Of a stretch of DNA of 64,000 nucleotides, positions 22,823 to 31,655 are shown piece by piece; position 1 is the first letter of the stretch; each line of letters opens with the position of its first letter. Position numbers and translations under genes: made by a program. Location of the stretch: assembly GCA_907165135.1 (NCBI GenBank), contig OU015568.1, positions 12,834,001 to 12,898,000 of the forward strand. The letters run 5' to 3'. This stretch comes from Oikopleura dioica. Taxonomy: Eukaryota > Animalia > Chordata. The notes beneath the pieces are model-generated. The model had not been told where the DNA came from. It saw only the letters and a list, made by a program, of their open reading frames with translations, and did not search any database.

Positions 22823-25748
22823 ATGCCGCCGAATGGAAAATGTCTTGCGATTCCCGTGCTGCTGGTGATGATCATCCTTTGTGAAATAAGAACTGGAATG
22901 ATCAACAGCTGGATGACGGGACAAGCAGTAAGATCGTCCAATCAATGTATGAAAAAATTAGGAAGTTACAAAGAATATCCTGTTGTTGTGCTTGGATGCT
23001 TTCCTGCAAGTGGATCGAGGTGAGGCCCATGTTGATGACTGTTTATTGAATATAATTTGTCGTGGTGAGTTGCATGAGATTAGCATAAGGATTTTTATCG
23101 TGGACATGTTTTTCCGCAATGCGCGTCATTTGGTGAGCGTAGGGACCAAAAGGCTACTCCCGCATTTCCCAAAATCCTGGATTTCCCAAATCCTGGATTT
23201 CTCAAAATCCTGAATTTCTCAAATCGCCAAATCAGGATTCTGCCGATTCTGGATTTTGGGAAATGCAGGATTGGGAAAAACAGGATTTTTAGAAATGCAG
23301 GATTCAGCTGAAATTTCGTCGAAAACAGTTGTTTTTCTCTATCTGTCAAAACTAAAATAGAATGTTTGGGCTTCTTTCGGCTCTGGTTCTTACTAGAGTC
23401 TCTGTTCACAACTTCTGTGAATTGATTCTGGTAGAATAGAAGCTGTTCTACAAACTGAGACTATGGGTTAAATGACTGGATGGAGTGTTCATCCCTTTCC
23501 GGGCGCTCGAAAATTTCTAGCGCATATTTTGGGACTTCAGATTCTCATTATTGATCGAAAATCTTGTCCGATTCAGACGACTTCGGTACCAAAATGATCG
23601 CCGATCTGGCGATTCTATATCTGTTTCATATTTGCAGTTTTAAAAGGGCAATCAAAGGGTTTATTTTTCTACCATTACATCTAGCAATATATGAAATTGG
23701 CAAATAACTGATGTCTCCAGGGAATTAAAAAATCTTTTGATAAATTTTGTTTTCAAGTTCCACCAAAATGTACATTCTTTTGGGTCGTGCCTGTAACAAC
23801 AACTAAATCTATTTTGGAACTTCCAAGTTCAAAAACCGACTTTCAACCGATTGTTTTCGCAGGGATTAGGAGGCGCGACTTTTTTTGGAGGTGACAAATT
23901 ATTCGGAAGGGATTTTTCAGCGCGGAAGATTCTGACTAAGAAGAATCTGGGTTGGATTTTTAAACCAAGCAAGTTTCTTGCTTTGCTAATTCAAAAGAAA
24001 TAAAAATCCTGCATTTCCCAAAATCCAGAATCGGCAGAATCCTGATTTGGCGATTTGAGAAATTCAGGATTTTGAGAAATCCAGGATTTGGGAAATCCAG
24101 GATTTTGGGAAATGCGGGAGCAGCCGGACCAAAAGGGTGAATGACATTCCAAACTTGAGGATCGAAAAGAACCAGGCCATACTCGCCAAAGTCATCGTAG
24201 AGCTTTCTTGTGTAAGGATTTGTCAGAACAATCATCGCATGCTCGATCTGGCATGTTTGGTCGTAATGCTGGTGATTTGTCAAGGCTATAATAAGTCGGT
24301 AAATTTTTCTTCTCGAAAGAAAAAATACATTGAACCCTTTTTGCAACGAGCATAGAATATCTCTGTTTTATTTCGGCGGTGGTAGCAATTCGTGTTACAT
24401 TGAGCGTTCTGTAGAAATCTCTACTTCCAGTACTGTCTACAACTGACATAATTTCTGAGCAATTTGTATATTTTTTGGGTGATATTTTTCTCGTTGAAAA
24501 ATTTATGTGGGGTTTCTCAAAAAGGAAATAAAGCCAGCAAGATTTTTTTTTCTGGATAGTGCGAATCTAGCGAATTTTTTCTTCTTATCGTCGGGTCAAG
24601 GTGTTGAATCAGGTCTTGCGGGTCATGTCACATGATTCATATGAAAAGATTTCTGTCGGTAATTCATTTTTAGTCGCGTCCGACGAGCAATTGAAGACGC
24701 CACAGGTGTTTACACTGGCAGTTCAATGAACGAAGAGTACTTCCACAAGCTCGGATTCGAAGGAGAACTCGAACAATATGCATCTGGTCGTGTTATTGCT
24801 TCGAAAAATCAAGGAATTGCATTCGTTGAATACACAGAAGGCATGATTGTTTTAGGAACAGGTCTAAAAGTCTTTCGAGTGAACGGAAAATACGATTAAA
24901 ATGCCATTAAAACTTTGGTTGACCTAAACAAGTGCGCAACCCTTACGACGCGATCACCGCCGACTTCCATCGCCAGGCTCGTCAAGCTCATTTAGGTAAA
25001 CACACCTGCTCGAATTCCTCAGAAATTCATTTTTAGGCTACGCGACTCCGGAAGAATACGCTCAAAGTGAAGAGTGGCAAACCTGCAAAGAAAGCTACAT
25101 CATGCGATGGTCGGCAACTGCGCTCTTCTTTGCACAGTTTGCAAATGTTACGGAGGTCCCGTTGAAGACAGTTTTCTACGAAGATTTTGTGGAGAACCCA
25201 GTTCAAGAAACACACAATATTCTTGGATTCTACAAGAAAAACTTTGATTTCAAGCCGAAAAATCTCAATTGGGACTGTGTAACAAAGGTTTGTACAAGTT
25301 CTTACTCTTGATGGTTGAACTCAAAATCAATCTAATCATTTATTCAAGGGACAAGAAATGCTCGAAAGCAGAGATCATTCTGTTCACAAGACCGATATCT
25401 TCTCAGAGGGAGATATCAAAGCGCTGGACACAGAAGTTGCTTACTTACAGGATCGGCTCAAATCACTGCTTGTATTTTTACAAAATCGAAATATATTTGA
25501 GCATCGTCAAGTCATTTTTCAAAGCGCTGAAGCTACCCGACGTCCCAAATAGCTATTACCACAGTGGAAAAGCTCCAAAGACCCTCCCATCGCCAGAAGA
25601 TGCAATCAACGCGCATGGAACAATGACAAAAATTAAACGGGCGATAACGCCTCGCTACACGTTTATCAAAGAAGGCACCTACGAGTTTCACAATCCTCAA
25701 TCGACAAGTTTCCTGCAGTACGGCTGGATAAACACAAAGAAGTTGTAA
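22823..25748 (+). CDS. WSCD-like Golgi sulfotransferase (sulfotransferase domain only)
   Basis: Type II TM; LGCFPASGS|SRVRRAIEDATGVYTGS (cf. FPGAGNTW..LIE.ATGFYTGS); VRNPYDAITADFHR..AHLGYA; VFYEDFVENP. Large intron 23020-24673; last exon approximate. Confidence 0.75.
23043..24449 (-). CDS. nested antisense J-domain-like gene (DNAJC5-like, no HPD), interrupted by a TIR element
   Basis: DFYRTLNVTRIATTAEIKQRY and HAMIVLTNPYTRKLYDDFGEYGL J-domain helices. Removing 23152-24125 plus one TSD restores NVIHPFGPYAHQ...NYIQ*. Confidence 0.6.
23152..24125. mobile_element. Mutator/Foldback-like non-autonomous element with a 9-bp TSD
   Basis: About 130-bp modular TIRs (ggct(a/g)ctcccgcatttcccaaaatcctggatttc...); perfect direct repeat ggaccaaaa at 23143-23151 and 24126-24134. 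Confidence 0.88.
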
Positions 25749-25878
25749 AACTTCATTTATTAAATTTACGACCATTTTTAATCTCATCTGTAAATTCGAA
25801 GCAGCCCAAGTTGCAATCAGTTCTTCATACAGACCTTTTCAAAACATATGCAGATCGTTACCAATAAAATATATTTAT

Positions 25879-26171
25879 TGATGTGTTCCTCACCGTCCAC
25901 ATGATCAATCACACCCGTGCGCCCTTTTCGCGCGCCCTTGCCACTTCATCTCCATTTTTACTATTTTTACTCCCTTAATTGCGTTTCTCACTTCCTTTCG
26001 CACGGTACCAGTGCCCACTTGGACTTGGCGCCCTGCCTTGATTCATTACCAAAGTTGTCTCCCGCACTATAGTACCAACGACATATAATCTGCCTCTTTC
26101 CCGAATAAAGCAACCATTTGACCAAACTAAGTCTCGTTCATTGACGGAGCAGACCGGTTTAGGATACATCA
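25879..26171 (+). repeat. 5' LTR (293 bp)
   Basis: tgatgtgttcc...ggatacatca, contains AATAAA; no difference from the 3' LTR seen by eye. Confidence 0.95.
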
Positions 26172-26175
26172 TTTT

Positions 26176-26190
26176 TGGTGACTGAATTCA
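26176..26190 (+). promoter_or_regulatory. putative primer-binding site
   Basis: TGGTGAC 4 nt after the 5' LTR; 7 nt complementary to a tRNA-Trp-type 3' end (GUCACCA); primer identity uncertain. Confidence 0.5.
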
Positions 26191-26576
26191 CCCAAGAGAC
26201 CTCTGAAGCCAGCCCAAAGCCGAAAAATTTTTTGTTTTTTTCAAGCGCCGCGAAGAGAAACAACTCGTGCATCTGCTTGGAAACAGTAAGAAAAACGTTT
26301 TTCTCGATTCCAGTTGTGTCTACGTATCAGCCCTGGAGTTGCTTTTTCTACAAAAAATCTAAGGACCAAGAGTGCTTTAGGACCAGAATTATCGTTGTTT
26401 TTTCAAAAAAAAGAGTAAAATTTTCATTTTTCGAGTTTTTGAATTTTAAACCTCTTTTAAACGGAAAAATCAGCGGTAGATTTAGTTTAAGAGTTAGTAT
26501 TGGAAAATAAGCGGATTTTCGCAAAACAAGTCTTTGTGAAAGTTTTTGTCGACTATTTTTCAAGACTAAATTTATT

Positions 26577-27791
26577 ATGTCAGAGGGAGGTATTCCCCTG
26601 AAAAGCCTCACGGTAGAACAGCTTCGAACCGTCTGCCGCAACAAAGGACTTCTCACTGTTGGAAACAAATCTGAAATTCTCGACCGACTCACCGAGTTCT
26701 ACACCGAAAACAACGGGCGCAAGACCGACGATGGCAACGACTACCTCATCGATCCGAGAAACTTGATTTCTGATCAACCTGAAGGCCAACCCCAATTTCC
26801 ACCGATGAACAACACTCCGCCAAACTTCACTCCGCCACCACCACCACCAAAGTCAGGATCAACTGCTTCGACTGGTAGAGCTACAACTTCAACCTTCAAG
26901 ATTCCAACTGCTTCCCAGGACAAACTCCGCAAACAAACTGCCGATGTTAAGTTCATGGACGCCCTCGATCCTAATGAAGTTGATACGCTGGTCCAGCAAT
27001 TGTCCGACAAGGCCGCTATGTACGGATGGAGCGACGAAGAAGCCCTCGGTGCTGCTCATATGAAGATCAATCATGATTTAAAAAGACACCTTGGAATGTA
27101 TCGATTCAAATCGTGGGCAGAATGCGCCGCTTCTCTCCGGAGGAAATACGGTCTCAGCTCTGACTACGTTGCTTCGCTTCTTCGAAACTTTCAAAAACAA
27201 GCAGGCGAAACGTTCCTTCAAGGATTCCAGCGATTAATGAAAATATGCCGTGCCATTGATTACGACCGACAAGATGAAGATTCCAAGCGCCGCATGCTCC
27301 GTGAAAATCTCCAGAAATTGATGCCAATGAATCAGTTCTACATTTTCGACACTAGATGGTATGCAGCTAATTGCACAACTGATCCCGAGCGCGTTGAGCA
27401 GATTTTGATCGACATGCATAACGTTTACGGTGGACAGAGGCCTGCTGATGATCCACTAGAACTTCATGCTCTTGCTGACATGCGGTGTCACAACTGCAAG
27501 CAGACGGGGCATTTGCAGCGCAACTGTCCAATTCCGACAAAAGATGACCTTTGGAAGGAACAGATGACAAAGATGATGGAGAAACTAGTCGACTTCATGG
27601 CAAGATCAGAGCAACGTGTTCAACCAACTGTTGCAGTGGCCGCTTCTAGCGCTCCTCAAACTAGGCAATCAGGTGATTTCAAAAAGTCAAGAAGCGACAA
27701 GAAATATCCACCATGCTTGAAATGCCCGAAGGATGAAAATGGCGAGCACTACCGCCATTTCAAAAAGTCTGTCCAAATCAGGATTGACTAG
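26577..27791 (+). CDS. gag: Gag with an N-terminal SAP domain and a CCHC zinc knuckle
   Basis: LKSLTVEQLRTVCRNKGLLTVGNKSEILDRL (SAP); capsid-like middle; CHNCKQTGHLQRNC. The C-terminus is probably shifted by an A5 versus A6 run at about 27762. Confidence 0.9.
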   Translation: MSEGGIPLKSLTVEQLRTVCRNKGLLTVGNKSEILDRLTEFYTENNGRKTDDGNDYLIDPRNLISDQPEGQPQFPPMNNTPPNFTPPPPPPKSGSTASTGRATTSTFKIPTASQDKLRKQTADVKFMDALDPNEVDTLVQQLSDKAAMYGWSDEEALGAAHMKINHDLKRHLGMYRFKSWAECAASLRRKYGLSSDYVASLLRNFQKQAGETFLQGFQRLMKICRAIDYDRQDEDSKRRMLRENLQKLMPMNQFYIFDTRWYAANCTTDPERVEQILIDMHNVYGGQRPADDPLELHALADMRCHNCKQTGHLQRNCPIPTKDDLWKEQMTKMMEKLVDFMARSEQRVQPTVAVAASSAPQTRQSGDFKKSRSDKKYPPCLKCPKDENGEHYRHFKKSVQIRID

Positions 27792-30700
27792 AAGACCTAT
27801 GCACGATCCCTAATTCAACAACTACTCCAAGTTTCGCCCTGTCAACAACTCTTTTCGACTCTCTCTATCTCCCGAAAATAATCATCAATGTACAGAAGAC
27901 CCCGATTCTAGCGCTCGTTGATTCGGGTGCGAACCTGAATGTGCTGAGTCTCGCCACCCTTAAGTCATCTTTCCCGACGCTCGAAACTTCTTCTGCTGCG
28001 ATCCAGATCCGCGTTGCGAATTCCGAAACAATGACTGCAAACCAGACTGTAACAGCTGATGTTGAAATTGGAACTCTTCAGAAACGTCTCACTTTCGTCA
28101 TTAGTGACAGTGTCAACTTCAGCATCATCCTCGGCGGTCACAACTTCGATAAACTAACCATCAACAAAACCGACGGGCATGCAACACTGGATGGCCACCA
28201 AGTCAATCTCGTCGCTGAATCACAAGCGGTTGTCGCGACAACTTCGGAAATCCATACTCTATCGCCGTTTTCGACGTCTCGACTGAAAGTGCAACTTCCG
28301 GTCACTACTGTATCTAACGACATCCTGCTGATCTCACACCGAAAAAGGGGTTTTCTCCACGAAAATGAGTGTCGAGTTCTAGAAGCAGTGTACGACTCAG
28401 AAAGTGAATTGAACCTTTTGGTTGAAAATCCAACTGCGGTGCCGGTTACTGTACCAGCTGGAATTCCATGTGCGAATGGTCAAAATTTGGCATCGAATGG
28501 ACTTGAAATCAATTCGTTGATTGAAACTTCTGATGAACAACTGCACAACGATTTCCTGAAGCATCAAGCTGAACGGCGAGCCAAGTTCAAGCCGCACGAA
28601 TCGGAGCACTACAAGAAGATTCCAATCGGTCCGGATCTGACGAAGCCACAGCGAGAGCAAATTCTAGCGACACTCGCTGAAGAACGTGAAGCCTTTGAAG
28701 TGTCGGCGCTAGATCTGGGAATGGTTGATAAGTTTGTCTGCCGAATCAAGCTGAAAAATGAAGCCGAGCGGATCTACGAAAAACCCAGACCATGCAGAAG
28801 CTCTCTACGTGAGCCAGGGAAACAAGTTCTTAAGTCTTGGCTGGATATGGGCGTGATCGAACCACGAGGGTCACGTCATTCGATTCCCATGTTTTTTGTG
28901 AAGAAAGCCTGCGGAGCAGCGCGGCCAGTGATCGATGCGAGACTACTCAATTTGCATACAGAAGATTATCACTGGCCCGTTCCCTCGCTGCGAGACATTC
29001 TGTCTGACGTTAGCCGCAAAATTGCTTCATCCAAGAAAATCTACATGAGCCTTACGGATGTCAAGTCCGCGTTCAACCAGTTGCGGCTCGCAAAAGAAGA
29101 TCAAGATAAGGTCGCATTTGCGTTTGAAAATGTGCAGTATACCAGCACCCGACTGATGTTTGGATTGAAGCAAAGTCCGGCAATTTTTTCGGAGCTGATG
29201 TGGAGAATAACAAGAGACATCCCAAATGTCTATGTTCTGATGGACGATTGTCTCTTGCTAGCAGACTCATTTGAAGCGCATTTAAGCCAATTGAAGAAAT
29301 TTCTCAGAAGAATGATTGATTTCGGAGTGACGCTCAAAGTCTCAAAAACGGCTATTTGTGCCGAGGAGTTTTCGTATTTAGGATTCAAATGCACGAGAAA
29401 AGGAATGGAACCGCTGCGCAGTAAAGTTGATGCAATTCTGAACTTCCCGGTGCCGCGAACAAAAAGAGAAGTGCGCCGATGGGTTGGCATGCAGAATTAT
29501 TATTCGACTTTTGTGCCCGAAGGAATGCTCACTTTGGAACCGCTGCATCGCCTCTGCTCAGCAAACGAACCTTTTGCATGGACAACTACGCATCAGAAGG
29601 CTTTTGATGAATTTAAGTCCAAATTAGCGAAATTTGTCAGCCAGGAACACCGAGATCCGAAATTGCCGTTGGTCGTCGCTTCAGATGCATCTCACGTTGG
29701 TCTTGCTGGAACACTGTATCAACGGAGAAACGATGGCACGCTCGCTCCATTGGGATTTTGCAGCAGAAAACTCGCACCTGGAGAACAAAAATTGGCAAGT
29801 CGATATTTGGAACTCGCCGCACTTGTGTACACTTGCGAGTATTTCGAATACGAGCTCTACAACACAAGTTTCTACGCAATAACCGACCATCTCAGCATTT
29901 CCCGAATTCTTGAACAGAAGAAAATGAAGGACGCGATGCCCATAAGGGTAATCAACTTGATTTGCAGACTACAGCGATTCAATATTCTGAGCATCGAACA
30001 TCGTCGAAATACAGATCCAGTTATAATCACGGTCGATTGTCTCTCAAGAGCAATTCAAATCAGCGAAGATACAGATATTGACGAAGATGAAGATATTGTT
30101 GATCGAGGTGTTTCGAACTCTCTGCAGCTGCTGGTGATGACTCGAGCTCAATCAAAGGCTCAGAAAGCTACAGTTGAACCATCCTGTCCATCTTCTTCCG
30201 ATCAGAACTCGTCAAAGAAAAGCTCCGCGGAAAGCAAATCGCAGAAATCTACTCAAATCTCAAATCAACAACAAACTCAAAACTCAACTCAGAGCACAGA
30301 CAAGTGCTTATCTTCCGATTCTGAATCTGCCGATCCCTTCTTGCTAATCGATGAGGTCCCGTATTCCAAGCAGGCGATCGCCGAACTCCAGCTAGAAGAT
30401 TCTGATATCAAAGAAGATATAAAAAACAAATTACTGAAGCGACAAAGTGACATGCTTTATCGTGACTCTGAAAATCGGCTGGCCATTCCTGCTTCTCTCG
30501 CCTATGAATTGGTCTCGTTTTGTCACGTTAAATTAGTCCACCCCGGAATCTCCAAGCTTCAAACCTCTCTTTCACGGAAATTCCGAATCAAACAACTTCG
30601 AAGAATTTGCACTCAAATCTGCAATTCATGTTTATCATGTGTTACAACGAAGCCTCGATTCAGTTACAAGCATCCAGTACCGCCGAAACCAATGAAAAAA

Positions 30701-31534
30701 GGGTTTCCCTTTGAAAAAGCCTTTTTGGATCTAGTAGATTTCGGTCGTTTGGACAACTATCATTTCCGTTATCTGGTTGTTTTAATGGATGATCTGTCGA
30801 ATTACGTTGTCGCTCGGCCAATTCAGAACAAGAGCGCAGAAGAAGTCGGACAAGCGCTGCTGGAACTGCTCTTAGCGAACAACGTGTCCAATTGCACAGT
30901 TGTTGCGGACAATGGCCTTGAGCTATCAAATAAACGAATGAATACTCTAATGGAATTCTTCAATATCAACTACACACATATTTCTCCCTATCACGCCGCT
31001 TCAAACAAAATCGAGAGGCGATTTCGCTGTCTTGGAATCAAAGCGAAGTTGATGGACGTTCAACCAGATATTTGGTCCCGCCAAATCTGTTTTGTCTTAT
31101 ATGCAATCAACAATCAGCCGAATAAGAATCTTGGAAACTTGACTGCAGCTGAAGTTCTCTGGGGCCGACCGATGACACTTCCCGCTTTTGCAGTCAAATC
31201 TACGCCTTCTGAACCTGCTCTTGTTGATCCAGATCGATGGATGGACTATTTAAACGGCTGGTTAATGTACTGCTCACAATCACTCACAAGCCTCAACAAA
31301 AATTACGCCGTCAAAATCAAAGGAAAGCCGCTCAAACTTGCTGTGGGAGGGACAGTTGCTTACTGGTCACCGATGCGCTTCGGCCAATCGAAGAAACTCC
31401 ACAAAGGATTCAAAGGAACAGCTACAGTCATCAAGGTGCACGGAAATGGAGCTTACACTATCAAAGATCTGAAAGAAGGGAAGATCCTGAAAAGGAACAT
31501 CAAATTTCTTCGTCCTATTAATTCTTTTGCGTAA
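27788..31534 (+). CDS. pol: Pol copy 1 (PR-RT-RNaseH-IN), intact
   Basis: LVDSGA protease; RT (IDARLLN, DVKSAFNQ, FGLKQSP, LMDD); RNase H (SDAS, ELAA, TDH); integrase HHCC, D..DNG..E and a GPY/F-like end. The frame is open from the TGA at 27785. Confidence 0.95.
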   Translation, partial: LEDLCTIPNSTTTPSFALSTTLFDSLYLPKIIINVQKTPILALVDSGANLNVLSLATLKSSFPTLETSSAAIQIRVANSETMTANQTVTADVEIGTLQKRLTFVISDSVNFSIILGGHNFDKLTINKTDGHATLDGHQVNLVAESQAVVATTSEIHTLSPFSTSRLKVQLPVTTVSNDILLISHRKRGFLHENECRVLEAVYDSESELNLLVENPTAVPVTVPAGIPCANGQNLASNGLEINSLIETSDEQLHNDFLKHQAERRAKFKPHESEHYKKIPIGPDLTKPQREQILATLAEEREAFEVSALDLGMVDKFVCRIKLKNEAERIYEKPRPCRSSLREPGKQVLKSWLDMGVIEPRGSRHSIPMFFVKKACGAARPVIDARLLNLHTEDYHWPVPSLRDILSDVSRKIASSKKIYMSLTDVKSAFNQLRLAKEDQDKVAFAFENVQYTSTRLMFGLKQSPAIFSELMWRITRDIPNVYVLMDDCLLLADSFEAHLSQLKKFLRRMIDFGVTLKVSKTAICAEEFSYLGFKCTRKGMEPLRSKVDAILNFPVPRTKREVRRWVGMQNYYSTFVPEGMLTLEPLHRLCSANEPFAWTTTHQKAFDEFKSKLAKFVSQEHRDPKLPLVVASDASHVGLAGTLYQRRNDGTLAPLGFCSRKLAPGEQKLASRYLELAALVYTCEYFEYELYNTSFYAITDHLSISRILEQKKMKDAMPIRVINLICRLQRFNILSIEHRRNTDPVIITVDCLSRAIQISEDTDIDEDEDIVDRGVSNSLQLLVMTRAQSKAQKATVEPSCPSSSDQNSSKKSSAESKSQKSTQISNQQQTQNSTQSTDKCLSSDSESADPFLLIDEVPYSKQAIAELQLEDSDIKEDIKNKLLKRQSDMLYRDSENRLAIPASLAYELVSFCHVKLVHPGISKLQTSLSRKFRIKQLRRICTQICNSCLSCVTTKPRFSYKHPVPPKPMKKGFPFEKAFLDLVDFGRLDNYHFRYLVVLMDDLSNYVVARPIQNKSAEEVGQALLELLLANNVSNCTVVADNGLELSNKRMNTLMEFFNINYTHISPYHAASNKIERRFRCLGIKAKLMDVQPDIWSRQICFVLYAINNQPNKNLGNLTAAEVLWGRPMTLPAFAVKSTPSEPALVDPDRWMDYLNGWLMYCSQSLTSLNKNYAVKIKGKPLKLAVGGTVAYWSPMRFGQSKKLHKGFKGTATVIKVHGNGAYTIKDLKEGKILKRNIKFLRPINSFA

Positions 31535-31655
31535 AAATTATTTTATCATGCAGTAGTTCTATTATTCAAATACAGTAGCCTGGTGTTTTTTATAAATTTA
31601 TTCGAGTCCGGAAACTTTCGAATTTCGTTATCTAAAAATTCATTCTTTCAGATCA

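Noticed and set aside
23095-23409. ORF 23095-23409 and the tail of ORF 23960-24346 (KILDFPNPGF...)
   Set aside because: Read-through into the modular TIRs of the foldback element.
25975-26172. 65-aa antisense ORF repeated at 38945-39142
   Set aside because: It is simply the reverse strand of the identical LTRs; no coding signal.
26172-26195. Tf1-type self-priming, or SL-RNA priming, of reverse transcription
   Set aside because: No convincing complement of the PBS within the LTR; similarity to the remembered SL sequence is only a short T-run.
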